A stretch of 64,000 nt of DNA from Paraphysomonas bandaiensis (GCA_965644295.1 CBFFRP010000424.1:1-64000); one strand, 5' to 3'; numbered from the stretch's first letter, positions 1 through 12,710 are shown. The notes: generated by a model not told the origin, from the sequence alone. Made by a program: numbers and translations.

Positions 1-2068
1 GGTTCTCCTCGCTGGGCTCCATGAGAGCGACTGGTCTGGGTGCCGAAAGCACCGATGCCTTACGGTCCATGTCCCGTTCATCCACATCATACACACCAGA
101 GATAATACTATTAGATGTCACTTTGTCTCTATGAACCTCGGCCACCTCCTCTCCCTCCAAGGGATCAACTAAAGGCCAAGTCAACGTCTTAGCAAAGGCA
201 TGCTTGATGCAACCAGGTAGCGTGGGGGTCGAGGTAAACTCTTCCATGCCTGATTGATTATTTTGTTGAAGTGAAAAACAATCATAGGCTCTCCTGGGTT
301 TCTGTGCTTCCACCAGGAAAAGCACCTCCGATAGGCAGCTTTAAGCTTGGCATTGGGCCCGTTATCGATGGGGGCGTCATTAACAGAGTTGTTAGCACAG
401 AGGAAATTGATATACACTTTATGAGAAATAGCGTGCCGGATAGAGTTGGGGTCAAAGTGTGAGCTATGTCCATCAATGTAGACCCACTTAGCTCTGCCTG
501 ACGCTGACATCTCCGATACAGCTATTCGAAAGGTATTCCGGTCAGCATATCCTGACGGAGTAGAATCCACATGAAACGTGGGGTCGAGGTTGAGGTGCAA
601 ATGTCCCCTCATCGCCTCGCCATCACCACCCTGGTGAATGATGATGGGTCTTGTTGTCGACCCATCCGGGCGAATACCATACAGAAGCGCCCCAGAAGGA
701 TGTATGCTCACCGTGTCTTGCAGAGAATCGCCTTTCCCTCCGCTCCTGGAAGAGTTTGAAGGTAGGGAAGGCGTGCCCCCAAGGGTCGAAACCAATTTCG
801 TCCCAGTTCTCGATATCCTCCAGTGTTCGGCTCATAAGACGGGAAGATCCCTTTCTCTATACACTCCCTGAGATGTTGTATGAACTTACGGGCCATAGCG
901 TACTCGCCCGTGTCGGGCGGGCCGCTGCTGCCCGCTTGTAGGAAAGGTCAGATTTCTTCGTCAAAGCGGGCAAACAATTTTCACCAAGGTCAAAAGTGCA
1001 CGACTTGAGAAAGTTGTCTCGAATAAAGGTTTTACTGCATTTGCATGATCAAGGCGTACCGACTCCGGGGTGTCTCTCGCCTCCATTGGCAGTGCGTATA
1101 GCACTGGCATGGGCGCGGCAATATTCCCTGGCTAGGGCTTGCATCTGGGCATTGCTATATCTGCACCAACAATTACAAATTGTACATTGTATGCCATCAT
1201 ACACATCATACACTTTCATGTACATACCCATATCCAGCTTTATCTTGAAGGTCCATCTTCGTAGCCATTATATCCCGATCCGCAATGGAGTAGAGCAAAG
1301 CTTTAGGACCAGACAGGAGTAATCCAGCTCCATGATGGCCTCCCGCAACACAGAATGGTTTCGTTGAATCGTTCCGAAACACATTGAACTCCTTCGTGGT
1401 GAGTCCATACAACTCCCTGATGGCGTTCATGTCCCGCCCCTGGGTGCGGATAGAGACACCGTACTCCGTGAGAACATATTCAGCGCTCTTGCCATCTATT
1501 ACCCTGGCAATAAGTCCTGCCCTACGCTCCTCAACGGTATATACTTTGTAGCCCCGTTTGACGTCTACCTCAGGGATATTAGCGATTGTGTTGAGAATCG
1601 CCCTTTCAGTCTTCATACTGGGGAAGCTGCTCGTCTCTTCCGGCAGATCCGGCAAAGACTCTAACTACCAAATTAACCTCTCGCTTGTGAGGTACATTTC
1701 CTGGAAGCACACCATACTGCTTGGCATGCTTAACCTCAACCAAAACATTTCTTTTCCCAATGGGGGCAATGTGACTTCGTCCATACGACTGTCAGTATGA
1801 GTATGAGTGATTCGGGGTCGTTGTGGACGTCCTCGCATCATATTCGATCAATTCTGCATGAAAATCAGATCAGACAACGTCATCATGAGCAGTGATTTCT
1901 GTTTACTCTACCTGATATAACTATATATAACTTAGTTCTTGTGTAAGTATGTGAGGATGGTTTATAGTAAGATTTAAGGTTGTTCTGATGTGATTCAACA
2001 CATAAAAATCAGCCAATTCCGAAAAAAAAAAAAGTAAACCGGCCATTATAGGTACCTGCCTTCCTAGT
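1..2068 (-). mobile_element. Degenerate pogo/Tc1-mariner (DDE_1) DNA transposon, running off the window start
   Basis: Frameshifted minus-strand fragments: HTH-like YTVEERRAGLIARVIDGKS..EYGVSIRT (1206-1655) and DDE_1 motifs YIDGHSSHF and PIDNGPNAKLKAAY (181-795). Possible terminus at ~2035-2068; other end not in window. Confidence 0.7.
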
Positions 2069-2205
2069 ATGTTTGTGATGTGGATGATATGATATCATAT
2101 ACACAGCAGTGCAGCACATACATATATATGCTATAGAAGGAGTCCATGGTATATAGCATATAATCCTCTCGTGTTATGTTCTAGAAACTCTGCAAGAGAT
2201 AAAGC

Positions 2206-3226
2206 ATGAAAACAATGAACACTCCCAAATCTGGCGGCCTGCTGCACTCATTGTACTGGACGTGTGTCGAGTGTGCACTGGCTGTGTTCTGCATTGTCTC
2301 GTTTATTATATCATGGTTTTCTTATCGAAATCGTAAAAAGAAACAGAAATCTAATTCTAAAGTTGTGAAAGCAGTGCCTCCAACATATAAGGCTGATAAA
2401 GACAAAGTCAGCATTATAATCGCCATAAAAAATGAGGCAAGATATATCGGCAGAACATTACGAAACTTAGAGTCCACAACTATTGATAAGAGTAAAGTGG
2501 AAATAGTTTTAGTTGATTGCGGGAGCAAAGATAATACCCTAGACGTGGCTAAAGTAAGTATTCTTCTTTTCTGAGTCGAGTGACGCTATTAACATGTACT
2601 CTCTTTGGCAGGCGTCTGCAGGAGTCATCCCGATAGTATACGCTAAGTGTCGCGCACAATGCAGTAGAGGAACATCACTTAATCTTGGTGCCGAAGCAGC
2701 GACTGGAGAAATATTGCTTTTTCTGCGTGCTGACTCTATTGTACCCCCTGGCTATGACGAAACTATCCGCCGCGAGCTCTTCACTCCTACTGTTGCACTA
2801 ACAGCTTTCCGATTTTCTTATGATACCAATTCAAGCACATCTGTTGCCAACCGAGCACTGTATATAATTTCGCTTTATCACAACATGCTCGCTTCTATGT
2901 GTCGTTTGCCAAGAGGTTCGCAGGGTCTAGCGCTGCCAGCTGCACGCTTTAGAGACACTAAGTACAATGCAGATATATTGTTAGAAGATGTCTCGTTTGT
3001 TGATGCGATTCGTTCGGACTGTTTCAATGGTTCCGGCGAGATAAAAATTCTCGAGCAGAGTATACTTTCATCAGCAGATGATATTCTTGCGATTGGTGTG
3101 CTTAAGCACACTTTTCTGCACACTTTGGCGTTCATGTTGAGGTACCATATGAAGGCATCTGAAGATTTTGTGTACAGGTGGTGCTTTATACGCATACCGC
3201 GTATTCTACGGTTTGTAAAGTGCTAG
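2206..3226 (+). CDS. Glycosyltransferase family 2 with N-terminal TM anchor; intron 2554-2611
   Basis: SIIIAIKNEA, LVDCGSKDNT, RGTSLNLGA, LLFLRADS, LLEDV motifs; 58-nt GT-AG intron joins ORFs 2206 and 2594 in frame. Confidence 0.85.
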
Positions 3227-4740
3227 TTTTAATATTGTTCAACTGTTCGGCTGCAATTCTTGGCATATATGTTCTTGTATGCTGTTTTCTGCAATAATTG
3301 ATTGGCTTTAGCAGAAGTCCAGTCCCACATGCAGTTATGCCGCCAATTGAAAATAATATCATTCAATATAATACGTGTACCACGCTTTGTCACTGTGCTA
3401 TTAAAAATAGTTAATGGTTACGTAAGGTATTACTTTTAAGCATATTCTCCATAAATAGCTTTGTATGGCACATACAGCGCACAGTCAGTAAATACTACCA
3501 CTTATACCATTACAGATTCGAAGAATCCTCCCCTCCCGCTGCGTGTGTATGTATCTAGTATAATCCATTTGGTATAAGTACGTTGACATTTAGTTCCTGA
3601 CTAGTGAGCTTAAGGCGCTGTGTATAGCTTAACAAATAGTAAGTACTTTTAGTAGTAACCTTATTGCGTACTAGCTTTCTTGCGGGCTAGTTGGCTAGTG
3701 TGATTGGCGTTGTTCAGTTCTACTGTGTGATACAACATATATTGTTCAGTTGAGATCAGTTAGTAGTGTGCAATAAGGGATATTTTGGAACTCATAGGTG
3801 CAACGAATTTTTGAGTCCATAAGGTAAACAGCCCAGACGCTTGACTTCAGCAGGCGGCTTACGGCCTAATACCCCGGATGCCCTTCAGGTGAGCCCATTC
3901 CCGAATGCCTATTTAATTTTCAGGGCCCGAAGACATTTACAAAAATGACACATATTAGTGCCCCTTGTACCACATAAGCATATGGCTCTAAGTGGGTAGA
4001 ACGTAATCCGCTGACTATGTATGCGGAGAAATATCTCCGGTACTTATCCCCCAGAACACCACGAAAAGGTGCGAGTCCGACTTTGTTGAGGGGGGTAATT
4101 ATATTTAAAAAAGGATGTATGCCTATATAAGATATAGAATTGCCTGGTGATTATATAAGCGATAAGCACATGTAACTGATGTTTATCAGGTCTTACATTA
4201 ATAAGTTGTGAGTTATTGTTGTGTGCAGTGTGAAACAAAGCAAGACAAGGCTACGTGTATAGTGTATTATGTATAGCGAGGCTATCTCCAGCGTAATTTT
4301 GATGTGTAAATTGTAAATCACATACATGAAAAGCCAACGAATGAAAGAAATGTATTTCTTGTGTTTGAAATCTTTCTAAGACTCGCTGCCTCACGAAAAT
4401 TATTATCTTAAATTCTTTAAATGCATATATAATATATATACTGTATATCACATGACAGAGAAGAAGGATGCATATTTTAATGACCAAAGAAGTAGAATTA
4501 TTATGTTTTTCTCTATTATCCACTTCGATGTTGCCCAATCATTTTTATTTACTTATCGTAATTCGTGGTTCAGTAGTAATAAACATAAAACCTTACAGAA
4601 TGATGGCATATTTTACAAAATTATTCATTCTTCAATGAAAAAACTACTCAGTACCGAAACACCTAGAATATTTCAAATATAACATTACAAATTTAGCAGC
4701 GTTGGCGACTGCATCATGACCACAATACTCACAATTAGTT

Positions 4741-5893
4741 TCAGAAATCTTCGTCGAAAGATATGACCTGCTGAGATGCTTCAACACCAACTCCACTCTT
4801 CGCATATTCAGAGACCCGTTTCTCAAAAAAATTCGTCTTTCCTTGAAGCGATATCATATCCATCCAGTCAAACGGATTAGCAACCTTATATTTTTTTTCA
4901 CAGCCGAGATCCACTAAAAGACGGTCAGCGCAAAACTTTATGTACTGTGTCATTAGGCGACTGTTCATGCCAATAAGCTCCACAGAAAGAGCATCACTCA
5001 CAAACTCAGACTCAATTTCAACTGCTTCGCCAATAATCTCATAAATTCGTTCTTGTGGTAGCTTATTGACTAGTTTGGAATAGAGAAGCACAGCGAAATC
5101 ACAATGCATACCCTCGTCACGTGAAATCAGCTCATTAGAAAAGCAAAGTCCAGGCATCAAGCCCCGTTTTTTCAACCAGAATATAGCGCAAAATGATCCA
5201 CTGAAAAATATCCCTTCCACTGATGCAAACGCGATAACCCTCTCGGCAAAAGAAGCAGTGTCCCGATTGCACCACTTTAGGGCCCAGTTAGCCTTCTTTT
5301 GTACACAAGGGACAGTCTCAATGGCATTAAGAAGGTTCGCTTTTTCATTTATGTCACGCACGTATGTATCGATCAGTAGGGAGTAGACTTCAGAATGAAT
5401 ATTTTCGATAGCAATCTGAAATCCGTAGAAGCATCGTGCTTCAGACGACTGAACCTCACTGGAAAAGTTCATTGCCAAATTCTCATTAACAATACCGTCA
5501 GATGCAGCGAAAAATGCAAGTACATGAGTGATAAAATGTCTCTCATTTCTAGTAAGATTAGCCCAGTCTTTATGATCGCTGGCTAAGTCCAATTCCTCCG
5601 CAGTCCAGAAAGACGCTTCTGCCTTCTTATACATGTCCCATATCTACAGTACACTGTCAACGAGAGCTTCTTGTAATCAAAAGTTGGCTTACATCTGTAT
5701 GCTTGATTGGAAAGAGCACAAATCTACCCTTATCTTCCATTAGTAGTGGCTCTGGCTCCAACAGACCATTCATCTCAAGGGTCCTAAACTCTGACACTTT
5801 AGGGGATTCTCCTGGGAGCTGATCCTTAATCTCTAGGAAACTAACATCCCAAGAGTCATTTCGAGGCATATCACTTCTATCCATTGTAGTCAT
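4741..5893 (-). CDS. RNR2: Ribonucleotide reductase small subunit; intron 5644-5692
   Basis: [60 protein letters not shown] and C-terminal FDEDF; 49-nt GT-AG intron gives HTD|IWDMY. Confidence 0.97.
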
Positions 5894-6184
5894 ATTGAGA
5901 TTTATGATTGATTCAAAATTATTCTGAGCAGTTCAACAATGCGGAGACATGAACGAGTCTGTGTGCAGATTTATTTGAAAATTGAACTAACAGATTTGAA
6001 AAAATCCGCGTATCTTGCACAGCTTTCATGCTATAGAATTTAAAAAGGGTCATTTTTATGCATTTCTTACATGGAATTCTGGATTTTCCGTAGAACATAG
6101 GGTTTTCATGCTCACCACTGCAGCTGATATCTAAATATCCGGATATTGAGTCGTATCAAGATCTTGTACTCTGCCTGGAATACT

Positions 6185-6403
6185 GAAATCAGCAGATGTC
6201 AGGGATATCTACATTCTACTTGCTCACTGCGTTTGCTCTGAGTGATATAGAACGAACCTTGGTGCATGCGGTGACGCACAAGCAGCTTTTGTAGCGTTAA
6301 ATATAGTAGGATATCATAGTTAAGCACTCGTTAGCTAAATTGCAATAATGCTACATTAGTTCTGACGCTTAAACGCCCATTTCTAATAATCAGACGGTCA
6401 CTA
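6185..6403 (+). mobile_element. LINE 3'-end/SINE-like module, variant A
   Basis: Homologous to 23386-23560(-), 63050-63998(-) and 12711-12790; shares the CCTTGGTGC..GCGGYGACGCACAAGCAGCTT..GTAGCG core with the LINE 3' UTR at 29656-29958. Confidence 0.7.
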
Positions 6404-6460
6404 ATACACACTTTTACTGATATTGCAGCAAAATTTTCAAATAAAGTGCGTTAATTTATT

Positions 6461-6759
6461 TGTACCTCAGAGCCTGGTGGAACCTTATCCCAAGGGGAGA
6501 CGCCCGGACAACAAGCGCCAGTGAGTCCTAAGACACACGAGCAGGGCGAAGCTCACAAACAACATTAAGAACGGAAGTGGTTGCACCTTGGTGCTTGCGG
6601 CGACGCACAAGCAGCTTCTGTAGCGCTAAATAGTAGGATAATAGAATTTGTGGTGATTAGTTATGGGTAGTGGTCTAACTAGTAGGTCTAGCATTCAACT
6701 AGCCACTATATCGGAACGAGTTTTTAACGCCTATTGCTAAATAAAAAGAATTTCAATAC
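6461..6759 (+). mobile_element. LINE 3'-end module, variant B (5'-truncated copy)
   Basis: Highly similar along its length to 29656-29958, the 3' end of the RT-RNase H element. Confidence 0.85.
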
Positions 6760-7256
6760 CTATTTGATTTGTGTATGAATACTCTGTAGAACTGTTGAAA
6801 AACAATGGGAGGGGGCAGCATTGGGATATATAATAATTTTACAACCATGAAGTAGCTGTGCATCCCAGGGTCTGGTAACCGTTAATAGTAATGACATTAA
6901 TGGTAATGCCATTATAATTGCCGGGAATTGCACTACCATTAATGACCTGTACTGCTATATATAGAACTGAGTATTTTTAAGATAATATATAGTATCTTCT
7001 CTATCCTCTATACTCCGAAGAAACTCTAAACAATGTTAGACAACAATGTTCATGGTGCATCCTATATATATATAGTGTAGTCAACAAAATATCAATTAAA
7101 AGTGAAAACATGAGTGAGTTTTATTATAATACGAAGTAATGACCATGATTGCAAGTATTATCTACTAAAGACCAATGGATAAATATACTGTATTGAACAG
7201 ATAAATTCAATAATTCGCTTAAGTTGACCAATTTCAGCTGTGTGCTTTAAATTAAG

Positions 7257-7549
7257 TATTAGAATATGGACTGTATCCTAGTATATTCAATGTGGTACTT
7301 GAAGACAATGTACGAGAATACAGTGATGTATGGTGATGTGTAGATGCTGTTATGATATTGAGAAAACTGAAATAGTTTGCTCTTTCAAGATATGTTTAGT
7401 AGCGAAAGGTCTACAGAAGTAGTGATTTATGCATGGCACAAAACGAGCTTGTGTTGTTTAACACAATTTGTGTAAACGATATTAATAAATCTATCTAGTC
7501 TAACAACTTAATCTCTCTTTGATCTAAGTAAAATGAGCATTTCCCAACA
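7257..7549 (+). repeat. 5' LTR of copia element
   Basis: Direct repeat of 12418-12710; TATTAG...CCAACA. Confidence 0.95.
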
Positions 7550-10500
7550 TGGTAGCGAGCGAGGAGGAGAGAAGGAGGATAGAGGAGTAGTTCCTCAGTT
7601 CAACGAGACTAACGTTGAACAATGGATTGAGGACTTCGAGACATTCCTTATGAGGAAGGAACAAAGCGAGGTAGCGGTGGAACTGCCACCTAAGGAGAGC
7701 GACTTCGGGGAGCAGCCACTTACGTTGATGGAGGAGAAGGCGTACAGACAGGCTGTGAAGAGGTATTGGAAGGCGAACGCCATAGCTTATTCTTACTGCA
7801 GGGATGCGGTGCAGCATTCCCCGAAAGCGCTGCGTAAATTCCATCTTACCCACAAAGCGTTCAAGGCAGAAGGGAGTGGTGTAAACAGGTTCAAAACACA
7901 TGTAATGATTGATGAGTTGAAGAAGTGTTTTGCTGGAGGGAAGCAAAATAGGATCAGTGACCTCTTAACTCAATATGGTTCTTTCCGTATGCGTCCGGAG
8001 GAGACGGCGAAGGACTACGTACTACGGTTCGAACTACTGCTGAAGGAACTACAGGAGCAGCAGCAGGATATCTCGGAGGTATCAAAAACAAGTCGACTAC
8101 GAGAAGGCTTGCTCAATGAAGAGTATGCTCAACTGAGAGTTGGATTATACTTGATGGATGATGATGTTAATTATGTAACTGTATCACGTAAGATAGAAGG
8201 CTATGATGATACTATGGCTGGGAAGGAAGCGTTGGAGAAGAAGCGTAAAAGAGTGGAGGAGCTGAACCTGATAGACAGTAAGAAACGATATCGCAGAGAG
8301 AGGGATCATCGTAAGAAGAACAACGGTAAGAAGAAGCCGATGAAGAAGGATACAGAGATTACAGGGCAGCGACCTGGAAGTGCCGAATATACTGGGTGCA
8401 GAAATTGTAAGTCAAAGGAACATCTTGCCATCGATTGTCCAGCATCGAAAAAGAAGTACTCGCAAAGCAAGAGCAAGGCTGTGAGGTTTCAAGATGGAAG
8501 GAAACCAGACAAAAGACTACTTACAGTTGAAAACATCAGGCGTGGAGAGCCAGCGGATTTGTCTGACGAAGACGAAGCAAATATGATCGAGCAACAGGAA
8601 GAGTATCACTTGTCATGTAATGTGTATGAGACGAATATATGCAGTAGTGTGCATGAGGATATTCACTATACATACATTGATACCTGTTGTTCGTCATCAA
8701 TGTTTTTGATAAATGATGTGAATATACTTGATAGTCATATGCACACATCAAAGGTTATTAATGGTTCGAAAAAAGGGTCAGAGATATGCGTCACGAGTGT
8801 AGGTTCCCGTGGAGCATGGAAGAACATTGAGGTATCAAGTCAGATAAATCGGTGTCTTTGTTCTGGACGGAAGTTGAACGATATGGGATATCGATTTACT
8901 GTATGGTATGGTATACAGATATATGACAGAAATACGGATGAGCTGGTGTTGGAGGGACCTATGAAGAATGGAATGACTGCTGTGCCAACACAGCAGTTAT
9001 TGGAGCTTCCAGACGTATCGACATCCAGTGATTCAGAAGTAAATCTCAGTGACCGTACGGGTGAGGATGAACTGGAGCTGTTACATAGGAGAGCGGGTCA
9101 TTTTAACAAGCATGCGTTGGTAGAAGCCCACAAAAGAATGCTAATTATTGGGACTGGACTGAAACGAAAACATCTCTCGAAACGTGTTTCCAAAGAACAG
9201 TGTCTATGTGATGTATGCGCCAGGGCGAAGATCACCAGAGTAAGTTTTCGGACAAAGGATGAGGACTCCGTTCGTCCAAATTTCTCGGCCGATATAGCAG
9301 TATACTTAAATTGTCCAGCTCGAGGAGGGGAAATATATGTGCTCAAACTAACACACCATGCCAGTCGGATGTTCTGGTCGGAAGGGCTTGTTCATAGGAC
9401 TGGGTCATCGGTACTGCAGGTTTTCAAGAAGATTTTTGAAGGAGATGTGAAAAGGTACAAATTAGAAATGCATCATTACCATGCAGATGGAGCAGGGGAG
9501 CTAATATGTGATGAGCTGCGACAATATCTTAGGTCACAGGGTTGCTATCAACATACGTGGAGCTCTACGGACTCTCCTGAGATGAACGCGATTGAGGAGC
9601 GGAAATTCAGGACCTGTGGTGAGATGACATTAGCGATGCTGATTCAGTCAGGATTGCCTTCACAGTTTTGGCTAGATGCCTACATGGCAGCCAGGTACAT
9701 ATTAATTCGATTGCCTACAAAGACAGCGAAGGGGTATATGTCCCCTCTTGAATTTTTGACTGGTGAGGCTCCCAACCTGAAATATCTCAGAGTATGGGGG
9801 TGTCGTGCGTATGTCCTCACTACAAAGGCGGATCGACGGAAAGACTGGGACGACAAGGCCCTTATCGGATATCTGATAGGATATTCAGATGAAAAGGTAG
9901 GATATGATGTATATCTACCTGCGACTGATAGGGTCGTCACGTCGGTACATGTATTAACTGATGAGTCCATACCGTCACGCTCGGAGAGCTATTTCGCTGA
10001 GATAGATGCTCTTCGAGTGAAGGAGGCCGAGAGACCGAAAATTGTGTCTGACTATGCGGGCTTAGAAGGTACATATCATATTGATGATGAGGATGGTCTT
10101 CTCTACAAGACCACGAGAGTAGTAGAACGAAAGGGGGTAATAGTAGCCTATCGATCTCTGGTAACTGCAGGTCGGAAGCATATCGAGCACCGGGTGCCGA
10201 TTCACGTCGAGGACGTAGTGCGAATGACTGCAGAAACTCCCGGGAATACCGGATATATAGGAAAGGGGGACGCCCTGAGTACTATGCCAGCCAGGGTGCT
10301 GGACCAGGGAAGACCTGGAGGGTTACAGGAGAGTCCTGACCCAACCTGTCAGGAGACAGCTGTGAGGTTGCAGACCTCTGAAGACTATGAGTCTGGGGTT
10401 GTGAGCGGGGCTCCTCCCACAACGCACGATGTGCGTGCTCAGGATGAGCAAGGTACGGGTTCTTATATACCTCGTCGACCGATTGAACTAGATGGTGATG

Positions 10501-12244
10501 GTCGGGTCCGACGCAAACGGCTGCAGCGGAGACTGGCAAACGCGTCAGTTTTAGGAGAGATTAATATGGTTGAAGAACCGGATGCGCATAATATTGATCT
10601 TAACCATGCAGAGACAGAAGATATCAAGATACCAAATTCATATGCCGAGGCAGAGAGATCTCCACAGTATCAACAATAGAGAAAAGCTCGAATGGTGGAG
10701 AAGACATCATTGCTGAAAAGACGTGTCTTGAAGATCGTGAAAATTCCAAGCGGAGTGAAATTAGTTAGAGCGAAATATGTGCATACGGTGAAGCGAGACA
10801 TACTAGGGAATATAGTAAAGTACAAGGCTCGGCTAGTGGCATTAGGAAATCTCCAAGAGAAGAAGGAGGAGGAGCCGTCCACTTTCGCTCCAGTGGTTAA
10901 GGGTATAACCATTAGACTAGTGTTAGCGATTGCGTTTATGTTACAGATGCATGTGCATCAATTAGATGTATCATCCGCATTTTGCTATGCAGATCTGGAG
11001 GATGACGTGTATATGGCACCTCCACCAGATGAGGAATTACTAGCTGGATGGTGTTTTCAACTAATCAAGGCATTGTATGGACTGCGATCTTCACCGCGAC
11101 AGTGGAATAAACATATTGACAAGTTTATTAAATCATTGCATTTTACTCCGTGTATTTTGGATACGTGTTTGTATATGCGATGGAGTAACGGAAAACTGCA
11201 TTTATTATTGATATATGTTGATGATATCATAATTGCATCCGCTGATCTGACTTACTTGGAAAGCGTAAAGCGTAGGTTCTGTGAAACATTCGAGATGCAT
11301 GATCTGGGAGTGTGTAAGCGATTTCTGAACATCAGGATAACCAGAGGAGAAAATTGGTATATGTTAGATCAATCTGAGTATGCTAAGAATATTATCAAGA
11401 AATTCAGCTCAGTTATGGGAAAGAGTAGTAAGAATAAGGAGGCCCCACTACCTACTAATGTTCAGGATCTGTTGGCAGAGGAACGTGAACTTACGGAGGA
11501 GCAGAAGCAGTGGGTTGACTCATTTCCGTATCGGCAAATTATTGGAGCAGTGTTGTATCTAGCAATGCATACTAGACCTGATCTGGCTTATGCAGTGGGG
11601 TTATTGTCTCGATTTAGTAGTTGTCCGACATATGCATCGTGCAAACTGGCGATTCACTTATTGAAATATTTGCGTGGAACAATTGATGAGGGCATCAGAT
11701 TCAGTGGGAGTGAGTTCGACTTACATGTGTTCAGTGATTCAGATTGGGCTGGTGATAGACTGACTCGGCGATCGACAACAGGATACATTGTGTTCTTATG
11801 TGCAGGCGCATTGGCCTGGCAGTCTAAACTACAGACCACAGTTGCAACTTCGAGCATGGAATCTGAATATATGGCGGAGTATGCGGCTATGCAAGAACTG
11901 GTGTGGCTTCGGGGGTGTTCAAGGAGCTCGGGCTCTTAGTTGCGAAGCCGACTCCATTCTTTATGGATAGCAAGAGTGCGAAAGATCTCTCCGAGAATCC
12001 TGTGTATCATAAGAGGTCGAAGCATATAGACATCAAGTATCACTGGGTGAGAGAGCATGTAAATGGAAAATTTCCTACGGCAAAGTTGATTCATGTGTCG
12101 ACGGATGATATGGCGGCTGATATTTTCACGAAGGCATTGTCAACGAAACTTTTCAGTCGTCATGAGAAAACTATTACCGGGGTTAAGAGAAGTGTGTCAA
12201 CCAGAGTTGAGGAGCAGCAGAAGAAGCGACCCCGAAGAGGTTAA
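7533..12244 (+). pseudogene. Copia gag-pol with in-frame TAG (10677-10679) and a frameshift in the G run at 11911-11915
   Basis: Zn knuckle CRNCKSKEHLAIDC; protease YIDTCCS; integrase HRRAGH..CDVC, SAD/HADG/EER; RT YKARLVALG, LDVSSAF, YVDD; RNase H SDSDWAG, MDSKSA, ADIFTK. Confidence 0.93.
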
Positions 12245-12417
12245 AGGTGTGTTTTAGTGGGTGAGAATCCCACATAACTATATATCTAGTTGACTGCTAG
12301 TTATATATGTATCTTGATAAGATTTCACATCTATTTTACCTATGAGACTAGTTTATAGCATGAAGATCACTGTACTCATTGTTGTTTCGTATCACTGCAT
12401 TCTACATTGAGTGGGAG

Positions 12418-12710
12418 TATTAGAATATGGACTGTATCCTAGTATATTCAATGTGGTACTTGAAGACAATGTACGAGAATACAGTGAAGTATGGTGATGT
12501 GTAGATGCTGTTATGATATTGAGAAAACTGAAATAGTTTGCTCTTTCAAGATATGTTTAGTAGCGAAAGGTCTACAGAAGTAGTGATTTATGCATGGCAC
12601 AAAACGAGCTTGTGTTGTTTAACACAATTCGTGTAAACGATATTAATAAATCTATCTAGTCTAACAACTTAATCTCTCTTTGATCTAAGTAAAATGAGCA
12701 TTTCCCAACA
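12418..12710 (+). repeat. 3' LTR of copia element
   Basis: Direct repeat of 7257-7549, preceded by a polypurine tract. Confidence 0.95.

Larger units (their letters stand above)
7257..12710 (+). mobile_element. Full-length Ty1/copia LTR retrotransposon
   Basis: 293-bp LTRs (7257-7549, 12418-12710) with 2 visible mismatches; PBS TGGTAGCGAGCG at 7550; PPT GAGTGGGAG before the 3' LTR; TSD TTAAG/TGAAG; gag-PR-IN-RT-RH order. Confidence 0.97.

Noticed and set aside
6866-6949. Mini hAT-like palindrome CAGGGTC..GACCTG
   Set aside because: Too short and no TSD; cannot be supported.
10677-10679. Programmed stop-codon readthrough in copia pol
   Set aside because: TAG replaces a conserved Trp codon by one transition; a nonsense mutation is simpler.
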